A stretch of 64,000 nt of DNA from Alphaproteobacteria bacterium (GTDB lineage Bacteria > Pseudomonadota > Alphaproteobacteria > Bin95): assembly GCA_965205265.1 (NCBI GenBank), contig CBDBGH010000003.1, positions 2,400,001 through 2,464,000 of the forward strand, read 5' to 3'. This document shows positions 10,401 to 21,223 of the stretch, piece after piece. The translations under genes were made by a program, and so were the position numbers. The notes below the pieces were generated by a model, which worked only from the letters and a program-made list of their open reading frames with translations, was not told the DNA's origin and searched no databases. Every line of letters starts with the position of its first letter. The stretch's first letter is position 1.

Positions 10401-13348
10401 AGCGCCAGCCCTTCCGCGCGGCCGAGGGCGGTCATCTCATCGACCGCTCGGAACCGCTCAGATTCGACTTCGACGGCCACCGCCACGAGGGCTACCGGGG
10501 CGACAGCCTGGTCTCCGGCCTGCTGGCGGCGGGCGTGCGGATCGTGGCGCGGAGCTTCAAATACCACCGCCCGCGCGGCGTCTGGGGCTTCGGCCCGGAA
10601 GAGCCGAACGCCATGGTGACGACAGGCGTGCGCGGGGAGGCCCGGCCGAACCTGAAGGCGACCGAGGTCCCGCTCTCGGAGGGGCTGGAGGCCTTCGGGC
10701 AGAACGCCTGGCCCTCGGTTTCCTGGGACCTGGGCGGCGCGTTCGGCCTGGCCGGCGGGCTGATGCCGGCGGGCTTCTACTACAAGACTTTCATGGCGCC
10801 GGCGCGCTGGTGGCATGCGTTTTATGAGCCGCTGATCCGGCGCATGGCGGGCTTCGGGCCGGCGCCGCGCACACCGGATGACGCCTTCTACGCCAAGCGG
10901 CGCATCCACACCGACGTGCTGGTAGCGGGCGGCGGGCCGGCGGGCGTGGCGGCGGCGCTGGCGGCGGCGCGCGCCGGGGCCCGGGTGGTGCTCGCCGACG
11001 AGAATGTCCGCTTCGGCGGCGACCTGCTGCGCGCGCCCGGCGAGATCGGGGACAGCGACGGGCTTGCCTGGGTCGATGCCGCGACCGCCGAACTGGAGGC
11101 GATGAGTCATGTCCGCCTGCTGCGCCGCGCCACCGTCGCCGGCTATTACGACCACAACCTGCTGACGGTCGCCGAGCGGGCCGGACAGGAGGAGGGCGCG
11201 CCCGGCGCGCCGGCAATGCGGCTCTGGTTCGTGCGGGCCCGCGAGGTCGTGATTGCCGCCGGCGCGCATGAGCGTCCGCTGCTCTTCGACGGGAACGACC
11301 GGCCGGGCGTCATGTCGGCCTCAGCGGCCGGCGGCTATGCCCATGCCTATGGCGTGCTGGCCGGGCGGCAGGCTGTCGTCGCCGGCAACAATGACAGCAT
11401 CTACAGAGTGGCGCGGCTGTTGCGGAGCGCGGGCGTCGGCATCGCCGCCGTGGCCGACACCCGGTCCGGCGGCGATGTGCGCGACCTGCCCTGCCGCGCG
11501 GGCGAAGCTGTCGATCGGGTTCTGGGCAGCCGCCGGGTGCGCGGCGTCCTGCTCCGCCGGGCCGACGGCAGGGCCGGAGGCAAGGGCGAGCGAATCGCCT
11601 GCGACCTGGTGGCCGTTTCCGGCGGCTGGAGCCCGGCGGTGCATCTGCACGCCCAGGCGCGCGGCAGCTTCTGCTACGACGAGGAACGGGGATTGATCCT
11701 GCCCGACCGGCCGGGCGGCGCAAACCGGAGCGCGGGCGCAGCCGCCGGGCGTTTCGACCTCGACGGCTGTCTTGAAGAAGGCTGGGCCGCAGGCGCCGCC
11801 GCTGCGGCCTCCTCGGGGCACGAACGGGCCGCCGGCGAGCCGCCGCGCTCGCCCGACCGCAACGCCGGCGAGGCGCCCGTCTTCTGGCAGCCGGGCGGCG
11901 GCAAGCGCTTCGTCGATCTGCAATACGACGTAACCGCAGCGGATGTGGACCTCGCCGCCCGCGAGGGCTACCGCTCGGTCGAGCATGTGAAGCGCTATAC
12001 CGCGCTCGGCATGGGCACCGACCAGGGTAAGACCTCGGGCATGGCGGGCCTCGTTCTCCTCTCCGAAGCGCTCGGGCGGCCGGTGGCGCAAACCGGGACG
12101 ACGACCTTCCGCCCGCCCTATACGCCCGTACCGATAGCGGCCATGGCGTCGGGCCTCATCGGCGAGGGACGGGACGCGCTGCGCCGCACGGCGGCCGATG
12201 ACTGGCACGAGGCGCGCGGCGCTCCCTTCACCGCCGCCGGCCACTGGCGCCGGCCCCGCTATTATCCGCGCGAGGGCATGAGCGAGGAGGAAGCCATCGC
12301 CGCAGAAGTGCGCGAGACCCGCGCCGGCGTCGGCATCGTCGACGTCGGCACGCTCGGCAAGGTCGATATCCAGGGGCGGGACGCCGCGGCCTTCCTCGAC
12401 CTCGTTTATGCGAACCGGATGTCGAGCCTGAAGACGGGGCGCGGCCGCTACGGGCTGATGCTGCGCGAGGACGGGCGGGTATTCGACGACGGCGTCTGCA
12501 TGCGGCTTGGCGAAAACCACTTCTACCTGACGACTACGACCGCCCATCAGCACGAGGCGATGCAGCATATCGAACTGCTGCTTCAGACCGTCTGGCCGGA
12601 GCTGGAGGTCTATGCCACGGATGTCACCGAGCACTGGTTCGCGGCTGCGCTTGCCGGCCCCGGCTCGCGGGCGCTGCTGGAGCGGGCTGCGCCGGAGCTC
12701 GACCTTTCGGACGACGCCTTCCCGATGATGGCGGTGCGCGCGGCGACCGTCGCAGGCCTCTCGGCGCTCGTATTCCGGATGAGCTTCTCGGGCGAACTCT
12801 CCTATGAGATCGCCGTGCCCGCCGATCACGGGCTCGCGCTGTGGACGCGGCTCCTGACCGAGGGACGTGAGGACGGGCTCACGCCCTACGGCACCGAGGC
12901 GATGGGCGTCATGCGCATCGAGAAGGGCCATGTGACCCACGCCGAAGCGGATGGCCGCACGACGCCGGACGATCTGGGCCTCGGGCGCATGGTCAGGGCG
13001 GAAGGCCCCGGCATCGGCAAGCGCTCGCTCGACCTGCCCGCGCTCCGCCGGAACGGCCGCCAGCAGCTTGTCGGCCTCTCCGTCATCGACGCGCAAGCCC
13101 GCATCCCGCCCGGATGCCAGGTGGTGGAGAGCGACGACATGAAGCCCGCGCCGCCGCTCGGCCATGTCACCTCCTTCTGCTACAGCCCGACGCTCGGCCG
13201 GGCGCTGGCGCTCGCGCTGGTCGAGAACGGACGGGCGCGAACCGGCCAGACGGTCTATATCGCCTCGCCGGTCATCGACCTCTCCATGGCGGCGGAGATC
13301 GTCTCGCCGGTCTTCTACGACCCGCAAGGGACGCGGCTCAATGGCTGA
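10397..13348 (+). CDS. soxA: Sarcosine oxidase subunit alpha
   Basis: RSFKYHRPRG, AGFYYKTFM, KRYTALGMGTDQGKT, GcvT-like C-terminus. Confidence 0.92.
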   Translation: MKRQPFRAAEGGHLIDRSEPLRFDFDGHRHEGYRGDSLVSGLLAAGVRIVARSFKYHRPRGVWGFGPEEPNAMVTTGVRGEARPNLKATEVPLSEGLEAFGQNAWPSVSWDLGGAFGLAGGLMPAGFYYKTFMAPARWWHAFYEPLIRRMAGFGPAPRTPDDAFYAKRRIHTDVLVAGGGPAGVAAALAAARAGARVVLADENVRFGGDLLRAPGEIGDSDGLAWVDAATAELEAMSHVRLLRRATVAGYYDHNLLTVAERAGQEEGAPGAPAMRLWFVRAREVVIAAGAHERPLLFDGNDRPGVMSASAAGGYAHAYGVLAGRQAVVAGNNDSIYRVARLLRSAGVGIAAVADTRSGGDVRDLPCRAGEAVDRVLGSRRVRGVLLRRADGRAGGKGERIACDLVAVSGGWSPAVHLHAQARGSFCYDEERGLILPDRPGGANRSAGAAAGRFDLDGCLEEGWAAGAAAAASSGHERAAGEPPRSPDRNAGEAPVFWQPGGGKRFVDLQYDVTAADVDLAAREGYRSVEHVKRYTALGMGTDQGKTSGMAGLVLLSEALGRPVAQTGTTTFRPPYTPVPIAAMASGLIGEGRDALRRTAADDWHEARGAPFTAAGHWRRPRYYPREGMSEEEAIAAEVRETRAGVGIVDVGTLGKVDIQGRDAAAFLDLVYANRMSSLKTGRGRYGLMLREDGRVFDDGVCMRLGENHFYLTTTTAHQHEAMQHIELLLQTVWPELEVYATDVTEHWFAAALAGPGSRALLERAAPELDLSDDAFPMMAVRAATVAGLSALVFRMSFSGELSYEIAVPADHGLALWTRLLTEGREDGLTPYGTEAMGVMRIEKGHVTHAEADGRTTPDDLGLGRMVRAEGPGIGKRSLDLPALRRNGRQQLVGLSVIDAQARIPPGCQVVESDDMKPAPPLGHVTSFCYSPTLGRALALALVENGRARTGQTVYIASPVIDLSMAAEIVSPVFYDPQGTRLNG

Positions 13349-13946
13349 CGAACCCGCCGATATCCGGCGCAGCGCCCTTGCCGGGCTCGACCTCGGCTCG
13401 CGCGCCGGCGGGGCGGGCGGCGTGCTGCTGGCCGAGGGCGCGGCGCGCGAGGGTTTCGTGCTGCGCGGCCCGGCCGGCGACGCGGGGTTCGTGCAGGCCG
13501 TCGAGGCAGCTTTGGGAGCCGCCCTGCCGCTGGAGCCGGGCGAGGCGGCCGAGAACGGGGCCGGCGCCCTGCTCATCCGCCTCGGCCCGGACGAATGGCG
13601 GCTCATCGCGCCGCTCTCGGACGGTGGCCGGCTCGCGGCCCGCCTCGCCTCGGGGCTCGGCAGCGGTCCCGGCGCGCTGGTGAACGTCTCCTCCGCCGAG
13701 ACCGTCATCGCCGTCGCCGGCGAGCGGGCGGCGGACCTGCTGGCGACCGGCACCGGCATCGACCTCGACCCGGCTGCCTTCCCTCCGGGGCGGGCCGTCC
13801 GCACCCGCATCGGCAACGCCCAGGCGCTTGTCCACCGCAAGGCGGAGGATGCGTTCGACCTCCATGTCCCGCGCAGCTACGCCCGCTCCTTCTGGGAATG
13901 GCTGGAAGAGCGCGGCCGCGAGTTCGACGCCGCCGTCGCGCTGTGA
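13341..13946 (+). CDS. soxG: Sarcosine oxidase subunit gamma
   Basis: [25 protein letters not shown]; position in the operon. Confidence 0.88.
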   Translation: MADEPADIRRSALAGLDLGSRAGGAGGVLLAEGAAREGFVLRGPAGDAGFVQAVEAALGAALPLEPGEAAENGAGALLIRLGPDEWRLIAPLSDGGRLAARLASGLGSGPGALVNVSSAETVIAVAGERAADLLATGTGIDLDPAAFPPGRAVRTRIGNAQALVHRKAEDAFDLHVPRSYARSFWEWLEERGREFDAAVAL

Positions 13947-13968
13947 CGCGGAAGGAAAGGAAAGCCTC

Positions 13969-14499
13969 GTGGCAGAAAGCATCCTCCGGGTCGAGCCGCT
14001 GACCCGCGTCGCGTTCGAGCCTTTCGGCGATGCGATCGAGGCGGACGGCGCACAGCATTTCAAGATCAACAACGGCTCGACGACCCGCTTCCACGACCTC
14101 GCCCGCGTCGATGTCGCGGCGGAAGGCGGGCATACGCTTGTCAACATCTTCCGCGCCCGTCCGCTGCCCATGCCGCTCACCATCGCCATGGTGGAGAAGC
14201 ACCCGCTCGGCTCGCAGGCTTTCGTCCCGCTGGAGGCCGCACCCTTCCTGGTGGTCGTCGCGCCGCCCGGAGACACCGTTAGGCCGGCAGACCTCCGCGC
14301 CTTCCTCGCGCGCGGCGGCCAGGGCGTCAACTACGCGCCCGGCGTCTGGCACCATCCCGTCATCGCGCTCGGCCGCGAAACCGACTTCCTCGTCATCGAC
14401 CGCGGCGGCCCCGGCGACAACCTCGCCGAGTTCTTCTTCGATGAGGGCGAACAGCGCGTCGTAGAGGTCATTCCACAGCCGGTGGCGGCAACGCCCTGA
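13969..14499 (+). CDS. allA: Ureidoglycolate lyase
   Basis: [45 protein letters not shown]. Confidence 0.9.
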   Translation: MAESILRVEPLTRVAFEPFGDAIEADGAQHFKINNGSTTRFHDLARVDVAAEGGHTLVNIFRARPLPMPLTIAMVEKHPLGSQAFVPLEAAPFLVVVAPPGDTVRPADLRAFLARGGQGVNYAPGVWHHPVIALGRETDFLVIDRGGPGDNLAEFFFDEGEQRVVEVIPQPVAATP

Positions 14500-16273
14500 G
14501 CGCCTCCAGAAACGCATCCCCGTAGCTGTGGAGCTTTGCGGCGCCGACGCCGGGGACTTCGGCCATCTCCTCCAGCGTGGCCGGGCGACGGTCCAGCATG
14601 GCGATGAGCACGCTGTCGTGGAACACGACATAGGGCGGCTTGCCCTGCGCCAGTTCCCGCCGGAGCGCGCGGAGCGCCTCGAAGCCTTTCCTGTCGCCTG
14701 ACGCGAGCGCGCGGGCTCCCTGTTCCTTTCGCTGCCGGGCCGGGCGGGGCTCCCGCTTCTCCAGCCGCAACTGCACCTTGCGCTCGCCGCGCAGCACGGC
14801 GCGCGCATCCGGCCCGAGGCGGAGCACGCTGAACCTGTCTAACGGTTCTGCGACCGCAAGCTCCGCCGCCATCAGTTGGCGGACGATCGAGCGCCATTCC
14901 GTCTCGCTGCGCGCCCTGCCGATGCCGAAGGTCGGCAGCCGGTCGTGCCGGAGCCTCTGGACCCGCTCGGTCTCGCGCCCAAGCAGCACATCGACGATAT
15001 GCCCGCCGCCGAAGCGCTGGCCCGTCCGGTAGATCGCGGAGAGCGCCATCTGCGCCGCCTCCGTGCCGTCGAAGGTCTCCGGCGGGTCGAGGCAGATATC
15101 GCAATTGCCGCAGGGCTCGCACTCGTCGCCGAAATAACCCAGCAGTATCTGCCGCCGGCAGGTCCCCGCCTCCGCATAGCCGACAATTGCGTCCAGCTTG
15201 GCCCGCTCGACGCGCTTCTGCTCGTCGGAGGCCTCCGACCCTTCGATGAAGCGCCTCAATTGCGCCGCATCGCCCGGGCCGTAGAGCATCCAGGCTTCCG
15301 CCGGCAGGCCGTCGCGCCCGGTTCGGCCCGTCTCCTGGTAATAGGCTTCGAGGCTCTTCGGCAGATCGAGATGGGCAACGAAGCGCACATCCGGCTTGTC
15401 GATGCCCATGCCGAAGGCGATCGTCGCCACCATCACCGCGTCATCCGAGGCGACGAAGCGGGTCTGCCGCTCCGTCCGCTCGGCGGCTTCCAGTCCGGCA
15501 TGGTAGGCGAGCGCCGGGACGCTGGCCCCGTTCAGCGCGGCAGCGACCTCCTCGACCCGCTTGCGCGTCATGCAATAGACGATGCCGGCCTCGCCCCGCC
15601 GTCCGGCGAGGAAGGCCAGCAATTGGCGGATGCGCTCGCGGCGCGGCTTGACCGTATAGCGGATGTTCGGCCGGTCGAAGCCGGAGACGAAACGCTGCGC
15701 CTCCTCCAGCCGGAGCTCGCGGGCGATGTCGGTGCGCGTCTCGGCGTCGGCCGTCGCCGTGAGCGCAATGCGGGGCACGCCCGGAAAGCGCTCTGCCAGC
15801 ACGGCGAGGCGCCGGTAGTCCGGGCGGAAATCGTGACCCCACTGGCTGACGCAATGCGCCTCGTCTATGGCGAACAGCGCGAGCGGCACCTTGTCGAGAA
15901 AGTCCAGGAAGCCCGGTGCGGCGAAGCGCTCCGGCGAAACATAGACGAGGTCGAGCCGGCCCTCGCGCATCGTCCGCTCGACCTGCCCGCGCTCCCGCCC
16001 GTCCAACGCCGAGTTGAGGGCGGCCGCGCGGACGCCGTTCTGGACGAGCGCAGCCACCTGGTCCTGCATCAGCGCGATCAGCGGCGAGACGACGACGGCC
16101 GCGCCCGGCCGGACCAGCGCCGGCACCTGGTAGCAAAGCGACTTGCCCGCGCCTGTCGGCATCAGCACCAGCGCGTCCTCGCCCTGGACCACCGCGTCGA
16201 TGGCCGCGCGCTGGTGGCCGCGGAACGCCTCGAAGCCGAAAACCCGCCGGAGAACCTCCAGCGGGTCCGGCAC
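14468..16273 (-). CDS. recQ: ATP-dependent DNA helicase RecQ
   Basis: [30 protein letters not shown] Cys cluster, HRDC C-terminus. Confidence 0.95.
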   Translation of the reverse strand: MPDPLEVLRRVFGFEAFRGHQRAAIDAVVQGEDALVLMPTGAGKSLCYQVPALVRPGAAVVVSPLIALMQDQVAALVQNGVRAAALNSALDGRERGQVERTMREGRLDLVYVSPERFAAPGFLDFLDKVPLALFAIDEAHCVSQWGHDFRPDYRRLAVLAERFPGVPRIALTATADAETRTDIARELRLEEAQRFVSGFDRPNIRYTVKPRRERIRQLLAFLAGRRGEAGIVYCMTRKRVEEVAAALNGASVPALAYHAGLEAAERTERQTRFVASDDAVMVATIAFGMGIDKPDVRFVAHLDLPKSLEAYYQETGRTGRDGLPAEAWMLYGPGDAAQLRRFIEGSEASDEQKRVERAKLDAIVGYAEAGTCRRQILLGYFGDECEPCGNCDICLDPPETFDGTEAAQMALSAIYRTGQRFGGGHIVDVLLGRETERVQRLRHDRLPTFGIGRARSETEWRSIVRQLMAAELAVAEPLDRFSVLRLGPDARAVLRGERKVQLRLEKREPRPARQRKEQGARALASGDRKGFEALRALRRELAQGKPPYVVFHDSVLIAMLDRRPATLEEMAEVPGVGAAKLHSYGDAFLEALRALPPPAVE

Positions 16274-16299
16274 GGTCCGCGAGCTGTTTTTAGGGGGCG

Positions 16300-17004
16300 T
16301 CAGCCTTTCAGCGCCTTCTCGAACAACGCGGCCGTGCGCCCGTTGGCGAGCGCGGCGTTCTCCTCGTCATAGGGCTGGCCGCCGATGCGCGCGAAGGCGT
16401 GGTCCATGCCTGGATAGGAATGCACTTGCGTGTGGGCGTGGCCGGCAAGCCCTTCCCTGACCGCCGCCTGCGCCTCCTTCGGCACGAAGCCGTCCTCCTC
16501 CGCGATATGCAGCATCAGCGGGGCGGAGATGTTCGCCGCCTCGTCCAGCATCTCCTCGATGCCGACGCCGTAATAGCCGACATTGGCGTCGAGGTCCGCC
16601 CGGCAGGCCAGCATGTAGGCGAGCTTGCCGCCGAGGCAGAAGCCGACCGAGCCGATCTTGCCGGTGCAGCCCGCCATGGCGCGCATGTGAGCGGCCGTCG
16701 CCTTCAGGTCGTCGATGCCCTTGTCCACGTCGAAGCCCCCGTAAAGCTCGAACGCCTTCGCCCATTCCTCGTCGGTCCGGTCCGTGATATCGACACCCGG
16801 CTCCTGCCGCCAGAAGAGGTCGGGCGCCACGGCGATGTAGCCCTGGCCCGCCCAGTATTCGGCGATGTCGCGCATGGCGTGGTTCACACCGAAGACCTCC
16901 TGGATGCAAAGCACGCCGGGCCCGGAGCCCGAAGCCGGCATGGCGCAATAGGCGGTGAACTCTCCCGAGCCGTCGCTGGCCCGGATGGTGATGGTCTCGG
17001 CCAT
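16300..17004 (-). CDS. Dienelactone hydrolase family protein
   Basis: QEVFGVN, APDLFWR, GFCLGG nucleophile elbow, HAFAR. Confidence 0.92.
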   Translation of the reverse strand: MAETITIRASDGSGEFTAYCAMPASGSGPGVLCIQEVFGVNHAMRDIAEYWAGQGYIAVAPDLFWRQEPGVDITDRTDEEWAKAFELYGGFDVDKGIDDLKATAAHMRAMAGCTGKIGSVGFCLGGKLAYMLACRADLDANVGYYGVGIEEMLDEAANISAPLMLHIAEEDGFVPKEAQAAVREGLAGHAHTQVHSYPGMDHAFARIGGQPYDEENAALANGRTAALFEKALKG

Positions 17005-17239
17005 GTCCGGCCTCCCTCTCGAACTGCCGGGCCCGCCCGCCGGGCCCATGAACCGGTGCCGGCCGGCACTCTCCCAAGGGCTGCCGGACCGCATCCTCTC
17101 CGCCACCATAGCCGCGCGCTCCGCCGCCGCACAAGCCAAGCGGCGGCGGAAGCCGGGCCGCACACCTGCCGGGAGTGTCATGAAGGCAAATCATGCACTT
17201 TAAGCATCGTATCGATAGCAATTTCGGTATCATGCCGGA

Positions 17240-18271
17240 ATGGTGGAGATGTTCTCTAAACGCGCGAGTTCCCGCTCGCTCGCGAACCTTGCCCCGGGCG
17301 AGGTAAAGTCCGTGGTCGAGGGATACAACGCGATTTACGACGCCGGCGAGCAGGGCAGGAGAGAGCAATACCGCTCGCTCGTAAATCACTACTATGACCT
17401 GGTTACCGACTTCTACGAGTTCGGCTGGGGCCAGTCTTTCCACTTCGCGCCCCGGCGGCGCGGCGAGAGCTTCAAGGCGTCGCTGCTCAGGCACCAGCAT
17501 TTTCTCGCCGACCGGCTGGCCCTGAAGCCGGGGATGCAAGTGCTCGATGTAGGATGCGGGGTCGGCGGGCCGATGGGCAACCTGGCGCGCTATGCCGGCG
17601 CCGGCTTTGTCGGCATCAACAACAATACCTACCAGATCGAACGCGCGAAACATCATACCCGGGATGTGCGCTCGTTGTGCCGCTTCATCCACGGCGACTA
17701 CATGCGGATTCCCGAAGGCGACGATCGCTACGATGCCGCGTTCGCCATCGAGTCCATGCCCCACGCGCCGGACAAGACGGGGGCGTTCCGCGAAATCCTG
17801 CGCGTCCTGCGCCCGGGCGCCTGTTTTGCGGGTTACGAGTGGTGCCTCACCGATGATTTCGACCCCGCAAACGCGGAGCACCAGTGGATCAAGAACGAAA
17901 TCATGGTGGGGGATGCGCTACCGGAGATCGCGTCCATGCCGGAGATTTGCGACGCCTTGCGCACGGCCGGGTTCGAGCTTCTGGAAGCCGGGGACCGCGC
18001 GCCCGAATCGGATCCCGGGACGCCATGGTACCGCGCCCTGCAGGGCCGCGACCTCACTCTTTCGAGCATTCCGCGCACGCCTTTCGGTCGGGCTCTCACC
18101 AATCTGACGCTGCGGGCGGGGGAGAGGCTGCGGCTGTTCCCGAAAGGCTCCCGCGCAGTCAGCACGCTGCTGAACGCGGCGGCGGATGCGCTGGTCGAAG
18201 GCGGCAGGACGGGCATCTTCACGCCGATGTATTTCTTCCTGGCCCGCAAGCCTCAGCGCCCCGGCGGCTGA
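17240..18271 (+). CDS. Sterol C-24 methyltransferase (Erg6/SMT family)
   Basis: YYDLVTDFYEFGWGQSFHFA (SMT region I), LDVGCGVGGP (SAM binding), IESMPHAP, YEWC and C-terminal GIFTPMYFFLARKP. Confidence 0.9.
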   Translation: MVEMFSKRASSRSLANLAPGEVKSVVEGYNAIYDAGEQGRREQYRSLVNHYYDLVTDFYEFGWGQSFHFAPRRRGESFKASLLRHQHFLADRLALKPGMQVLDVGCGVGGPMGNLARYAGAGFVGINNNTYQIERAKHHTRDVRSLCRFIHGDYMRIPEGDDRYDAAFAIESMPHAPDKTGAFREILRVLRPGACFAGYEWCLTDDFDPANAEHQWIKNEIMVGDALPEIASMPEICDALRTAGFELLEAGDRAPESDPGTPWYRALQGRDLTLSSIPRTPFGRALTNLTLRAGERLRLFPKGSRAVSTLLNAAADALVEGGRTGIFTPMYFFLARKPQRPGG

Positions 18272-21105
18272 ACGCGGCGCGTCCCCGGCCGCAGGGCCAC
18301 CGGCGCTCAGGAAAGGGAACGGGCGGAAACCGCCTCCGGCAAGGGCGGCGCCGACCCGCCGGTGCAGGCAGCAGGAGCGGCGAGGTCCACCCGGTTCCGG
18401 CGGCGGCGCTCATAGAGGCCGAGCGCGTGCAGCGGGAAATACTGCCGGTAGAGCACGTAATCCAGAAGCGCCGTGCGGAAGAACACGCCGGCCATGTCCT
18501 GTTTGGGCCATGCCCCTTCGCCGTCCTGCGTGTCGAGCAGGAACCGGGCGCCCCGCGAAATCGCGGTCCAGTCCGGGTCTCCCGCCTCGAGGAGCGCGAT
18601 CAGGGCCCAGGCGGTCTGGATGACCTGGCTCTCCTCGTGCGGGACATAGCGGCCGGTCAGGCAGCCGCTGTGGTGCTCGCCCCATCCTCCGTCTTCACGC
18701 TGGCGCTCCAGCAGCCAGCGGCAGGCCGAACGCAGCGCGGGATCGCCGGGACGGGCCCCGGCGGCAAGCAGGCCCCTGATGCCGAACAGGGTGCCGTAGA
18801 TGAACTGGACGCCCCATACGCCGCGCCATGACCCATCGATCTCCTGGGCCCGGCGCAAACAGGTCTCGGCCCTCGAAACGGCCTCCGTCACCGCCCCATC
18901 CGCAATTTCGGGAAACCGCTCCCTGCAGGCGGCCAGCGCGGCGAGGCAGGAAGCGGTGCACTCCACGAAGGAATGCTCGGTCATCGAATCGCCGAACATC
19001 TCGGCCGGATTCAACCATTCCAGACCGAAAACCGAACGCTGCGCCTCATAGCTGCCGAATCCGCCGTCGCGGTTCTGGCCGCGCAGCATGAAGGCGACCG
19101 CATCGCCGAGCGCCGCCCAGTCCGCACCGCCGGCCGCGATGAGTCCGAGCACCGCTTCCGCCGTGCAGTCGCTCACCGGCCAGCCATGCCAGCCGCCCGC
19201 AAAGCACCAGCCGCCTCTGGGGTCGGTCCGGTAGGCCTCGCGAAACCCCTCGAAGCTCCTATCGATCTGCTCACCCAGCAGGAAACCGGCGCCGCGCCCG
19301 AGCGCCTCCTCGATCCCGGCGGGTTCGGGCAGCGCCGCCAGCGCCTGCAGCGCGAACCCCGTGTCCCAGGAGGCGCTTCTCGCGCCGGTGACGCGCGCGC
19401 CTTCGTCCTCGTCTTCCCAGATCCACCCGTCCAGCTGCTCGAGTGCCTGCTCGCAATCGGCATCATCCGGATCGTGCAGCCATAGCGCCAGAATGTTGAG
19501 GAGGCCGCTGACCGGGGAGATGCTCGTGTGGCTGGTGGTTTGCAGTTCCCATTTGATGCGCCCGACAAGCGCCTCCGTGCATCTTGCGCGAAGGCGCCTG
19601 GCGTGGAACCGCTCGAACAGCCGCGCCAGCCCGTATCCGGCCCTGAGCCAGAGGCTCGGCCACCGATAGAGGTCGGCCACCCGCAGGCGATTTCGGGCGG
19701 CAGAGAAATCGACACTGGCAAAGCCTTGCGGGAACAGCTCCTCCCGCAGCGACTCGGTCAGTGGCGTAACGGGCGCCTGGAACCGGCGCGCGTAAATCGC
19801 CGCCATCGCCATGTAGATGAGCCGGGTATGGCAGTACCAGTTCGAGGGGTGCAGCGGCAACCGGCGCGGCAGACTCCAGAGTTCCGGCAGAACCGCGTTC
19901 ACCCCGCGCCAGTCATAGAGGTTGAGGAGCGCCAGCCAGAATTTTCCCCAGCTCGGAATGCCCAGAACCCCTTCGGCCTGAAGGAACCGCCGGGCCGGCT
20001 CGACCAGGGGATCGTCCCGCCCGACGCCCAGCAATCTCGCCGCGACATAGACGAGCGCGGTGACGAACAGGTGGGGCGGCGAGTGCTCGTGCAGGCCCCA
20101 TGCGCCGCCTTCGAGACGGGTCCGCTCGAAGGAGCGCAGCACGCGCCGGCGGCGGCCCGGTTCCAGCGGCCGTCCGACAATGTGATGCAGCAGCGCATAT
20201 TGCGCGGTGAGCATGGGGCACCAGACCATCTCGCCTTCCCAGGCGCCGTCCTCTCTCTGGAGGCTCAGCAGGCGCGCGGCCGCGCTTTTCAACGCCGGCC
20301 CGGCATCGGGCGGTTCGACCTCCCTTGAGCGCGCGGGCCTGGAGGGTTCGCCCCCGGAAGGCATGGAGTACAGGAAGGCGCGGGCAAGGGCGTCGCGGGT
20401 TTGCCTGTTTTCTTCCCGGCCCTCGCGACTCGCCTTCCGCAACTGCCGAACGCCGCGCTGGAGCCACCAGATGCGAACGGCGAGCGCACTGAAGACGGCC
20501 CGCGCCCGATGCGAGGCGAAGCGGCGGAACGAGAACGGATTCTCCCGGGTCAACGCCCGGGTCACCGTGCCGCAAAATGCGAGTGTCATGCCGATCGCGG
20601 ACCGGTCCTCGCAGGCGAGTATCCGCGTGGTCCGGTCGCGGTAGGCCGAATTCGCCCGCCAGCCTCGGTAGATCGCGGATCTGAGGGCCATCGACTCGAT
20701 GCGGTAATCGGCGAAGACCTCATAGAGCCCCATTGCCAGGAACTCGGGAATACGGGTCGCCCGGAAGCGTTCGGCGGTGAAGTCCCGGAAGCGCTCGTTC
20801 TCGGCGAGCGTCAGCGCATCGCCGAAACCGAGCGTCATGCCGACCGCCGTCATGGGATGGTAGTGCCCGGCCGCGTCGCCGATCAGCACCCGGCGCGGGC
20901 TGCCGTACGTGACGCGCGGCCTCAGCCGATTGGCCGCCGCATGGAATTGGCCCGCCCGCAGCGCCTCGACGAAGGCCGGCCCGAGAGCCCCCGGCAGCAG
21001 CCCGGCACAGGATTCCGACAGGAAGGCGACCCGGTCCCGGGGCGTCCAGCGGTCCAGCGGCAGATCGACGATGATCCGGACGCAACCGCCCGCCAGACCG
21101 TATAT

Positions 21106-21223
21106 GAGGATCGGACCGGGCCCGCCCAGCACCACATGCCCGTAGCCTTCGAAGGGCAGGTCCGCCCCGCCTATCGTCACTCCCAGCATCCGCGAGCAGA
21201 GCATCGGGTCCGTGGAGAGCCCC
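21106..21223 (+). repeat. Left copy of the 118-bp target-site duplication
   Basis: gaggatcggaccgggccc...gtggagagcccc, identical by eye to 23138-23255. Confidence 0.92.

Noticed and set aside
18307-20330. Squalene-hopene cyclase (hopanoid) interpretation of the cyclase
   Set aside because: The catalytic motif is DCTAE, not DXDD, and the neighbours are an epoxidase, CYP51 and a sterol reductase
18307-21204. The 965-aa ORF as a complete native gene
   Set aside because: It begins inside the duplicated 118 bp and lacks the FAD-binding N-terminus found at 23138-23758
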